Source of the DNA: Callorhinchus milii
Lineage: Eukaryota
Length of the DNA: 64,000 nt
Direction of reading: 5' to 3'
NCBI RefSeq assembly: GCF_018977255.1
Contig: NW_024704758.1
Location: 9,114,001 to 9,178,000 of the forward strand
Shown: in pieces, positions 1-10,453 of the stretch
How positions within the stretch are numbered: the stretch's first letter is position 1
Layout of the letters: each line of letters begins with the position of its first letter
Program-made: the position numbers and the translations under genes
The notes under the pieces: model-generated
Database searches by the model: none
What the model was told of the DNA's origin: nothing
The model's input: only the letters and a program-made list of their open reading frames with translations

Positions 1-30
1 AAATAAACCTAGTCCACATTTTACAGCACG

Positions 31-145
31 ATGTTGGACTCGTATGACTACAGCAGTTGTGGACCTGGACTCATTCTGTACAGCCCCTTGAGTTGGCCAA
101 TGCTCTATGAACAGCTGGATTGGCCCAATCCTGAAGATTACGGAG
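31..145 (+). CDS. ELF5: ELF5 first coding exon (MLDSYDYSS...PEDYG)
   Basis: The MLDS start matches ELF5. Acceptor ttttacag ends at 26, 4 nt before the ATG. Donor GAG|gtacta at 146. Phase 1, compatible with the next exon. Confidence 0.75.
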
Positions 146-344
146 GTACTATTTCTTTGTATTTTTATGGTGGTTACAAGTTTACCTATCATAGATGTAG
201 TTTATCTGGGTTAAAAATGGCTTCTACGGGAGAAGTAGATGCTGGAGATTATATCAGATTCTCAACGACTGTAGTTTATGTTTTTCATTGAAGAGCTGAA
301 GGGAAATGGGCTGGAAGCAACACTCAGGAAAAAGTTCTTGTTAT

Positions 345-515
345 GTCAGCTGGGTTTAGTTGGTAGCGCTCTCGGCTCTCAGTCAGAAGGTTGTGGGGTA
401 AAACCACATGTAGGGACCTTGAACCCACAGTTTAGGCTGACAGCGTTGTTGGAGCACCACCATTAAAGTGAGGTGCTGGTCTGCTTATTCAGGTGGATAC
501 TAAATATCCCACGGC
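345..515 (+). mobile_element. Decayed ancient tRNA-head SINE (DeuSINE/SacSINE1-like)
   Basis: ggtagcgctctcggctctcagtcagaaggttgtggg...ttcaggtggatactaaatatcccacggcac resembles the Deu-domain SINE consensus as recalled. Related decayed pieces lie near 1553-1625, 2540-2700, 21690-21810, 49870-50030 and 59040-59150. Confidence 0.55.
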
Positions 516-1115
516 ACCTCGTCTCTCTTATTTTTTCCCCTCTCTTAAAGGTGCTGAATCATCCTGGAGGCATCGACTGCTCTCCAATGACTCATAATCA
601 TTCCTTTATGGCTAACCCAGGCAGTGAGTGTAGGCAGTGAGTGCAGGCAGGCTATTTGAGCTACTTGACTGCGGATGCCATCACAGGTCTCATTGTTATC
701 AATACAGACTTTCTTGCCAGTGCATTGAGGTGATGTAGGACATAAGAAAGGAGAAGTGTGGTTTTGGCAGGAGTGACAGTATATATCTAAAAGCATTATA
801 AGCAATGCAAACATACAGCATTCCAAGCATTTTATTTAAAACGGATTAACTGTGAGTATGCTGTAAGATGAATAGCTATGGGAATGCTCTAAGCCAAGAT
901 AGTTTGCCTACAGAATACACAGCCACTTTATGGTATTCTCTTTTGAAGCATCCTCCCAACGTGAAAGATTCTGTAATCAAAAACAAGGATTCTTTATTTG
1001 TTAAGTTGTTGTGTTCAAAGATTAGTTAGATGTGGAAAACACTTGGGGATTTTGATAGAAGATGTTTGTTGTATGATCCTGACGTGCGTTGATATAAGAT
1101 GAATTTTGTTTTCAG

Positions 1116-1349
1116 TTTCCAACCCATCCTGGACCTCGATTCTTCCTGAGGAATGGAGCAACAGACATGTTTGGGAGTGGCTGCAGTTCTGCTGTGATCA
1201 GCATAAACTGGATGCAAACTGCATCCCTTTTGCCCAGTTCAATGTCAACGGCAGACAGCTGTGCAGCATGACTCAATCTCAGTTCATCTCTGCAGCTGGA
1301 ATTTATGGAGAAATCCTTTACAATTCCCTGCACCAATCGCAAAGCAAAG
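1116..1349 (+). CDS. ELF5: ELF5 PNT/SAM domain exon
   Basis: Encodes [29 protein letters not shown]...GRQLCSMT...[10 protein letters not shown], close to the ELF5 PNT domain. Acceptor ttgttttcag, donor AAG|gtaatg. 234 nt, phase 1-1. Confidence 0.93.
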
Positions 1350-2368
1350 GTAATGGTTTTATTTGATGACTTTGGCGACTCCACCAGATGAAATGTTTGT
1401 TTGGGAGGGAAAAGAAAGGTATTAAATGGGAAGAAGCAAACTAGGCATTTCTGACAATCATAATGCAATAAAGGATTCACAGGGAAATGCTGATAGCTCA
1501 ATGGGTAAATGCATAAGATCATACCCCGACTCGCCAACAAGCTCCCTCAGTCAGTGTCAGCCTAGGTTATCATTTCATATCGTCACGTGGAGCTTAAACC
1601 CACAACGTTTTGACCCAGGGACAACATGATCCCAGCCAGGCCAAACTCTCACAGATACTTGAATTGTTATAGACCTATGCCACTGAAACCTTCAGATCAG
1701 GAAGCTGTGGACTAATAGTATTGGTGTGTCAGACACCTCTGATCTCAGAACGGGATCCCTCTGGGCACATGAAATTCTGCAATAATGTTGAAAATGAGCT
1801 CATTTGTTTGTGGGTCACTGCATCCATAAAACATTTAGAGCCAACAGTCTTAATTAAGACCGTAGATTAAAATGGTTTCTTTGCTTCATTCAGCAGATCT
1901 CCCTCTGGTGTGCGACCCTGTTGACAAAGAACTTCATATCGATGAAAGTAAGTAAACAAGTCAAGCACTCGACTGAAATGTTTGCATTCTGGACATAAAT
2001 CTCTTCCAAAAATACTTGGACAGAGAGGTTGGGGAGCCAGTGGAGATTAATGAGGAAGTGTGATTGGGTGGGGTGAATGACTGGAGGATAGTGGAGCCGA
2101 GGGAAGATAGGACGCGGCGGGTGGCCGGGACCATTGGAGTCAAGGGAGGATGGATTTAATAGGTTTGTGGAGCTTGGTGCAGGAGAGGACATGAATTGCA
2201 CAATTCTGGATGGTCTGCAGCTTGAGTAAGAAGGGCTGGGGAGTCCGGTGAGCAGGAAGTTGGTTTAAAAGAGACAAAAATGATTATTATTTAAACTAAC
2301 CCTAGTGAATGTTCAACTATACCTTTTTACTTAAATTTAAGGGACTTTAAATTTGGAACAAAACGCAG

Positions 2369-2419
2369 GATGTTTCGAAGGAAGCCAAGAGCAGAGCATT
2401 CCTGCAAAAAAACAAGCTG
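2369..2419 (+). CDS. ELF5: ELF5 51-nt linker exon (GCFEGSQEQSIPAKKQA)
   Basis: cgcag| acceptor and strong CTG|gtgagt donor. Open, phase 1-1. Size matches the small linker exon recalled for mammalian ELF5. Confidence 0.7.
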
Positions 2420-3264
2420 GTGAGTGAGCCTGTTCCTGTTGGAACACAGTGCAAACTGACATATTTACGCTGGCGCTGGAAGCTGTTTGAGCTCAGCTTA
2501 GTCATCCGAATCTTCATTTTGATATTGTAATCATCATGTTAATAGAGTGCCAGGGGATCTTTAACGTTGACCTGAACAGAGAGATAGGATGTTGGGTTAA
2601 CGTATCAAATGAAGCACGGCACCTCCAACAACGCAGAGGCCTCCCCAACACTGAGGCAAACGTGCTGCCAACTAAACCAGGCTAACGCCTCAGTAACCCT
2701 GGGCTCCGGAAGGTAAAAAATCTGGAGGGATTATAAAGTATGATCAACTAATAGAGAGATTTCTGACAGATTAGATTTTAATCATCTGTTCATTTGAATA
2801 GCTTGATCTTTGGTAATGCCTCACCTTTGGTTGATTTGGTTGTGTCACGAAACCCTGCTCAACAAGTCAAAGTACCAGTCTACAAAGTTAGATAATGATT
2901 TCATGTGAAAAGAGTTTTCACATTTTTTTCATGACAGTGATTATTTGAGCTGAGGTAACCAGGCTGCCCAAGTGTCTGTGCACAAACTCATTAATCTGTG
3001 TGTTAGGCGTTGATCCTGTCGCTGAGGTTAGCTGTCACTACTGTAACCTGAACAATTGGTCCTTGTTGTGGAAAGCAAACCACATTCCCAGAAAAGCTCA
3101 TTGTTCTAGCTGCAGTGCAAAAGATAAGCCAAACTAATCATGAAATGAAATGTTACACCTGAACACGAGAGAAGTACAGGATCCAATTTAACTCTTTTGA
3201 ACACTGCAGCGGGCAAATACCCTAAAGCTCTGTTGGCATGTTTATACCCACAACTAAACACCAG

Positions 3265-3321
3265 GACAAGCCAGTGCCTACATAACCTTAAGAAGCTGCA
3301 TGACTTCAACCAATAAACCGG
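3265..3321 (+). CDS. ELF5: Tentative ELF5 57-nt linker exon (GQASAYITLRSCMTSTNKP)
   Basis: caccag| acceptor with a poor pyrimidine tract, donor CGG|gtaaat. Open, phase 1-1. The only phase-compatible candidate I found for the second linker exon. Confidence 0.4.
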
Positions 3322-4822
3322 GTAAATCAGCTTTGTATTGTATCTTAGAAAGTGTCAGTTCCTTGTATATATCTAATAAATAATAATAAATAAACTTTGA
3401 ATTTGATATAGCGCTTTTCATGTTTCTAGGTATAACCTTAACCTTATAATTACTAATTAATTAATTAATTAATTAATTGGTTAGGTTAATTGTGTAACCT
3501 TAACCAACCTAGTTTTGTACCTCAGGGCTGTTCATGATTGAGAAACCTGGCCTGCTATTGTATTTCAGGAAGTGGAGCGTGGTTTACATGTGGTTTAGTT
3601 AATTGAGATAAAACAGTGAGCTGTCCTGCAGACTCGATGAGCAATAAACACATAAGAAATTATCCTTCCTCCCTTCCTCTTCCCGTTTGGTTCCCAATAT
3701 CAATTTATTTATTATTTTTATTTCCCCATCGACCCCCTTTCAAGCAATTGATGAAGTTCAGTCTAAATAGAATTGTCGTCCAGAATTATCAGCCTTTTTA
3801 GAGGAATCTAATAAATGAAATAAATGACTTCCATTGCAGAGGTGATCTGACACATATTTGAATTGATTAATTGTCCTCAGCTCTTCGGGGGGCATTCGCC
3901 TAGAACACAATCAATTGGTTCCCCCATTTCAACTCTCCTCATTGACTCCTCTCTGCGTCTCTTCCATTATTTTCCCTCCTCGTCTCCTTGTGTCCAAAAT
4001 GGTTTCTCTCTGGCTTATAGCACAGCTCCAACAAATTTACCATGTAAATAGCAGAATAAATAACCGCCTTCCATAAACTAAGTTAATAAGTAACCGGAGC
4101 CTCTCCTTTTTGACTTGTAGTTAATAAATACATAAAAATAGATCGTCTCATGAACTGGTAAACAAATAAATAATTTCTCTTTTTTGAAGCTAATAAATAT
4201 GTAAAAAGTACTCTAACATTAGCAATATCAGTTACACAGCCACCGCGGATCACTGAGTTCGGTTATTCACTCTCTGCTGTCTTAAAGTTGCATTCAATGG
4301 CTATTTTTGTTAATTGCATTTATGAGCTCAATTCAGCCGGTGAAGCCACTGCCTAGTGTGAGCTGTTTCGTCCTGGAAAGTCCTAGGTTCAATCGTTAGT
4401 CTGCGTTGAGTTCTCTAGTTCCCTCTGATCTCAGCTGGAGCAGCAGTAGGTATGCAACAATAGACTGAACTCAGACATGGAAGAGGTGGCTGGGAACGAG
4501 AAAATCATTAAGTAATTAATACCATGGCATTCAACAACGACAACAACAACTTGCATTTATATAGCGTCCTTCACGTCGGACGGTATCTCGGAGGGCTTCA
4601 TATAGTTTTTAAGTAGCTATACTGCAGTAGATTAAGACGTTGGTCCTTTAAATCCTTTCCTTAGTTTGTTCCTCCATGTGCTACACTTGACCTGGAATCG
4701 TTGATGTAGTACAATAGTTGATGTTGGCTCTGGATGCCTCTAATTGGAAAGTGCTCCAACATGTAACACATGCAAGTCATTCTGGTAACGCAAATGTTTC
4801 TGATCTCTGGTTTCGCCCTCAG

Positions 4823-5018
4823 GTTTACAAAGTCATCATCTCTGGGAGTTTATCCGAGATCTCCTCCTCTCACCAGAGGAAAACAATGACGTTTTGGAAT
4901 GGGTAGACAGGAATGAAGGAATATTCAAAGTTTTAAAATCTGATTCTCTGGCAAAACTGTGGGGTCGTAGGAAAAAGAACGAGCGGATGACCTACGAGAA
5001 ACTGAGCAGGGCCTTGAG
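4823..5018 (+). CDS. ELF5: ELF5 ETS domain exon ([20 protein letters not shown]...[11 protein letters not shown])
   Basis: Classic ETS sequence with the ELF5-type [10 protein letters not shown]. Acceptor gccctcag, donor GAG|gtaatc. 196 nt, phase 1-2. Confidence 0.95.
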
Positions 5019-5828
5019 GTAATCGTGCTTTGCTTCTCCAGCAAACAGCAGCACCTTTGGTCCAATTTTATATAGAAAAGAATAAATGCACATCCATTGC
5101 AGTGTGTAAGAAGAGGTTAGAGACATGAGAGAGTGATGGGTTGAACTTCTATCTCGGACTAAATACTATTCTATTATTGCAAAATTTCAGATTGTCTAGA
5201 ATATGTCAATTTTTAAAAATTGAATTTAATACAATCTTTAATTTTGAAGCCGGATTTCTGTAAAGTTCTTTTCAGAAGCTACAATGGTAAAAACTAAATT
5301 CAAAATGTTTCCCAAATTCTGCAATCTCTAGAAATCTGAAATGCTATGTTAATAGAGGAAATCTAGACCCAGGTGGAAATTTACCCCTGAGGGATGTCTA
5401 CATTTTTGGAGATCTGCTCATGTGCTTAATTTAATGTTACCACAATGATTCACCTTCATACACAAATCACAAAGCTCTGCTGAAATGTCTGACACCTGAG
5501 ATCAAAGTGCCCAGAGGGATAGTCTGACTGAATATCTCCAGGTTCATGTGCCCATATGAAACTATGAAATTATATACGCCAAAATTATACCAGCCAAGTT
5601 TCGCACGCAAAGTATGCCGTCAATTCGCTTTACAGTATATCCTGTGAAGTGCTTTTGAGATGCCTCAATGATGAGATGCCTCAAGGATTATTATTATTGT
5701 TATTTTTATTATTAATTCACGTATGATTGGGACAGTGAATAAAGGGAGATGACTTATCGCAAGATCACAACACATAAACCAGATCCTTGTTGGATCAAGA
5801 TGTAATTTCATTATATTTTGCTTTTCAG

Positions 5829-5913
5829 GCATTATTATAAAACTGGGATTCTGGACCGAGTAGACAAGAGGTTAGTGTACAAGTTTGGAAGGAATGCTTA
5901 CGGCTGGAGATAG
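5829..5913 (+). CDS. ELF5: ELF5 last coding exon ([27 protein letters not shown])
   Basis: ETS C-terminal strands. Acceptor gcttttcag, stop TAG at 5911-5913. AATAAA at 6522 is a candidate poly(A) signal. Confidence 0.95.
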
Positions 5914-6636
5914 AAGGATCTCTGTCTGTAAATGCAACTATGTTTGAATGAAGTGAAGAGACATTTTAGTGTGTATTGGAACCATCTTCAGACCAGGCAC
6001 TAATGGGCGGCAGTGGTCCAACCTACCTCAGCTACCATCATACTTCTACTTGAAATGTTGCATGGAGATGGAATTTAACTCTTTGTTTTCACTGTTATGA
6101 AGCTTTTCATGAAGAATATAGCATATGAAGAACCAAAGCATTCAAAAACCTGAGTATGAACAGAATATCACACATCCTATTTCAAGTTGTAAATACTATC
6201 TTAGATACTCAGAGGAGTCCATATATAACAGGTGTTAAAGCCTACTAACAAATGCCTGGATTTTTGTTACTTTGTTAGATAAATTTTGGTTATGATGATC
6301 ACATTCTGTTCATAACTTTCAGATTTTACACTGCTTACCTTTACGGTGTCCACGTGAGCAGAGTTTACATCCCAGAATGGCTAGGTAGTTCTCTGTCACA
6401 TGGGTATTGAATGTATATGCTAAAAGGAATGCATATGCTAAAATAGTAACATACTGTATATGAATGCTAGAAACTTTTTATAAATTACTTTTATTTTTAA
6501 GCACAATATAGATCGAGCAAAAATAAAAGCACTTTTTCTATCAAATATAGTCTTCATTTTCATTCGTAGTTTTGAGTAACCATCTGCATAAACTTGCATT
6601 GTACTTTTTAACATTAACTTGTAATAGCTATTCATC

Positions 6637-6960
6637 TGGAGCCCTGTACCTTAATGGTAAGAGCACTCACCTCGTAAGTGAGAGGACCTGGATTTGATTC
6701 CCAGGCAGGGTGAAACACTGGGTAAGTTTTCTTACTCCACTCCCCTCTGTTCACCTGTCAGTAGGTGTTAGTCGATTGGCGGATTGCTTGTCCGGGGGTA
6801 ATAATCCTTTCAAAAAACAAAACATGTGGTCATTCAATCCACCATTGTTTGTGGGACGTTGCTGTATGCAAATTAGCTGCTGTGTTTGTCTACAAGATAT
6901 TTGAGATGTCCTCCTAGCATGAAAGGCTCAACATCAAATGCAAGGATCTTTTTATTTATC
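6637..6960 (+). mobile_element. tRNA-derived SINE with L2-type tail, diverged, long subfamily
   Basis: Head tggagccctgtaccttaatggtaagagcactc...gatttgattccc and tail aaatgcaaggatcttttt, colinear with the copy at 37494. Confidence 0.85.
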
Positions 6961-7598
6961 ATCCACATACCTAAATATTCTAACACTCATCACATCACGG
7001 TGATCAATATTGTGGGCAGCAGAGGGCCCAGCTTGTGAAACTCCACTAATCAGGGCTGTTACTGCAACCTTAGGCGTTTTTTAAAAAACAAGTGAAGAAA
7101 CAAATAAACCACTTTTCCTGGTAACGACTTGCAGTTGATGATTAGTCACTGTGTAAAGATATACTTCCTGGCCTTTGTCTTGCACTTCACAACACTGAAC
7201 CTGTGTCTTCTTATCTCGCTGTCCTTGTGATTCAGAGAATATTATTCTGCTTTGCTGTATCCCAATAAGCCCCATTCCGGGATGCCTCTTTGTGAGGAAA
7301 GAGAGCGCTAACTTATCCAGCTGTTCCCCCAAGTTGCATCCTTCTAACTTTAGAGATCAGACTTGTTTGCCTGCTCTGTAGTGTGTCTAGCTTCCTTACG
7401 ATGTAGTGACCAGATTACAAAATACATCAGATGTGGCTTGATCGGGCACGGCAAGAGCAAGTTTTATCCCAAATAAAAAAAAGCTTTTAAATATTTTATT
7501 ATTTCTGCAGAAATCTACACTCATCGGCTACTCAATAAAGTAGTGCTTTAGTAATTGTCCGCCTGTGCAGATGAAGAATTTAGTTGCAAATATAGTTC

Positions 7599-7631
7599 TG
7601 TGCAGTCCAGCTTGACCACGAGAGGGCAGCA
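7599..7631 (+). promoter_or_regulatory. Extended CTCF binding site
   Basis: Core CCACGAGAGGGCAGC (7616-7630) matches CCASYAGRKGGCRS with one mismatch. It is preceded by the upstream module TGCAGTCC (7601-7608). Confidence 0.65.
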
Positions 7632-8099
7632 TCTTGTAAAAATGTAACCAGAGCAGGGAATGGATTGAGAGTTTCCAAGCGTTCAATAACAACAACTTCA
7701 ACAACAACTTGCATTTATATAGCGCCCCTCACGTAGGGGAAGCATCCCATTCAGTTAGGACTGGCACATGAATCCTAAAATGTAAGAGCAGGGAAATGAG
7801 AAATCGTTTAAATTGAGAGGAAAAAAAATAAGATTAAATGAAAACTATAAAGGAAAGAATTAAATAGCGCATAAATAATAATAATAATAATCCTTGTATT
7901 TGATATAGCGCCGGATAGACATCTCAAAGCACTTCACAGAATACAATGTAAAGTGAATCGACTGTATATTTTGTGGGCGAAATTCTTCATTACAAATAAT
8001 TCATCATAAATAATGAAGAAATAAAACGAAGTTGAACAAGAGGCAAAATTAACTCGATTGAACAAAACCAACTGAAAATGTTGAAGAATAGGGATTATG

Positions 8100-8325
8100 C
8101 TGTCCACCTGGCCAGGCTATGAGAGTATCACTCACAGTTTGTTCTGTGGTTAAGTACATGTGTGGCTGTTAGTTTTTACACGATAAAGAGGCAGGTCACC
8201 ACATCAGCTGTCACTGCAGAGACTAGAAGAACCAAATGCAGTTCCTGTTATTTCAGACTTCGCTTCATGACCTGAAGCCAAGCAGATGAGCAGCTACTCT
8301 GAAAAACACACTCTGCAAGAAAGAG
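8100..8325 (+). promoter_or_regulatory. RAG1: Candidate RAG1 promoter and non-coding exon 1
   Basis: E-boxes CACCTG 8105, CAGCTG 8205, CAGATG 8283. RUNX TGTGGTT 8145 and ACCACA 8198. GATAAA 8182. Donor GAG|gtaacg at 8326 could splice to the acceptor at 10434. Confidence 0.5.
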
Positions 8326-8794
8326 GTAACGTAGACGTCGTCGATTTTATTAACCTTTCTTCAACTCCTGAATGAAACTTTATGCAGCATTTATATTAGA
8401 AAACTTCCAACCAATATTCGTATATCTTATTAACTACGCGCCAATAAATGATGTGTACACATAGAAGACTGCACAAAAGGACCGATTGGATTTTTTTTCA
8501 GGTTTCTTTCATTTTGTAATAAAATTACTTGGTTTAAATGAACACAATCTGCTAAAGCGCTCAGCGATAAGAATGTTATGGTTTGTTTAAACTGGGTTAG
8601 AATCATTTTATAACAATCTTAGACTTATTTGCGAGAGTTTGCAGTTCCACTGTAAATGCTCTGGGACGATACCCTGCGTCAGGGACTCAAGTTATTGTTG
8701 TTGTAAACACCAAAGCCAGCAATAGTCTCTTGTGTGATGCATCATTTTTACTCTTACTAAGAAGAATGAGAAGAGAGAGAAGGGATGTGGACAC

Positions 8795-9120
8795 GTGGAG
8801 TCCTGGAGCTCAGTGGTTAGAGCCCTCGCCTCACAAGCGAGAGACCTGGGTTCGATTCCCGGCAGGGCAAAACCTTGGGCAAGTTTCCTTACTCCACACG
8901 CCTGATAATAATCCCTCAAGAAAAAAAACAATAACGAAATTAGTCACTTCAATCCAAGACTGTTTGTGGGACACTGCTGTGCGCAATTGGCTGCCGTATT
9001 TCGCCCACAAATATACAGTCAATTCAGTTTACAGTATATTCTGTGAAGCGCTTTGAGAGGTCTAGAAGACATGAAAAGCGCTATATCAAATGCAAGAATT
9101 TTTTTCATTATTTTTATTAT
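8795..9120 (+). mobile_element. Full-length tRNA-derived SINE in putative RAG1 intron 1
   Basis: A box GCTCAGTGG, B box GGTTCGATTCC, conserved body, tail gtgaagcgctttgag...agcgctatatcaaatgcaag followed by TTA-rich end. Confidence 0.92.
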
Positions 9121-10453
9121 GTACAATGCAGAATTGGTTCCAATCGGGACCGATTTCATTAACGTTTACAGTTACAGGCAATTTTTGGAAGAGTCAAATT
9201 CCTGTTGCTTGCTCTTAATAGAACTTGCATGATTGAAACTGGAAGCAGATATATAAGTTTGTAATCCATACATTGTTGACTGCACAGATATTAATTCATT
9301 CTTTACATACGTTAGAATAATTATACGTGATACGAAAAAACTGTTGTGGTTTAATGCATGCTTTCTTAAGAATATGCCGAGGGGAAAAAAAATCAAGTAC
9401 CCCATCTGAAAACACGATCAAAGTAGATTTGGTTTAAATCTTTACCTTTTTTTCCTATCTATTGCTGGCTATCTTGTATATCTCACTAAAGCGGTTTGGA
9501 AATGTCAGAGATTACTTCACATCAAACGTGTTGCATCGTGCCAAGTTCAAAAGTGGTAACTGGTTAATACCAATCACAGTACTACTCCTACGCTCGAGTG
9601 TAGGAGCGTAGGAGTAGTTCTGTGGATAAGCCCTCAGTATATCAGACATAAGATATGCTGTACTGGTGTTAGGAGCTAGATGGTGCAGCTGCATCAGCTA
9701 ATGCTTTTCTCTTCCAAGCAGCTTGTTGAAATCCTTGCTGGTGTTAGTATGCAACATGACAGGCTCCTAAATGCCACAATGAGTCACAGGCAAAATTATC
9801 CTCAGACAGTCATCTCCATCTATATTCGACAGAAGTATATTCGCAGGGAAAAAAAAAGCCCTGCTTTGATGCATTGCAGTGTGAATCACAAAATTTGCTG
9901 CATTTGAGGGTTGGAGAATAGAATCCCCAAGGACTTCAGGAATAAATGAGAGTGCATTATAACGGGTAAAGCTTAAGTCTTGGATCATCGTTATACACTC
10001 GATGGCACTTCTCTAACCAGGGGAAGGATTTTACTATATTCTGCTGACTCCATTTGATATTCATTTTTCACTTTGTGGCTGTTTGCGGGACATCGCTGTG
10101 CACACATTAGCTGTGGCGTTTGCCTAAAGAATGTAGTCACCACGCTTTACCTGTAATTCCTGTGAAGCGCTTTGAGACATCTTGATGATGTGACAAGGCC
10201 CAATATGAAACGCAAGGGTCGTTATCAGTAGAAGAGCAATCTTAGACTCATTTCCATAAGGCTTGAGTTTTCATTTGCCCTGCAGCAGTTAACGACTGAT
10301 TTTTGATTTCAGATTTCTAGACGATGAAAGATTAAAGTTTAGCTGTTGTAAACTGATGCGTGATAAGGCTGAGTGTTTTGCTGTCGAGAGTGAATTTTAA
10401 TTTTAAACTGTACGTCTTTTTGTGTCTTTGTTAGGTGTCAGCATTTGAAACAA

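Noticed and set aside
3433-3512. (TAAT)n palindrome with taacct repeats as a possible Helitron/MITE end
   Set aside because: Low-complexity microsatellite with no supporting termini.
8795-8875. tRNA genes at SINE heads (also 6637, 21090, 37494, 51290)
   Set aside because: A and B boxes are present, but they continue into the SINE body with no acceptor stem or terminator. These are SINEs, not tRNAs.
10445-10453. RAG1 start at TTG 10445 (ORF track)
   Set aside because: The vertebrate gene would start at the first exonic ATG, 10454.
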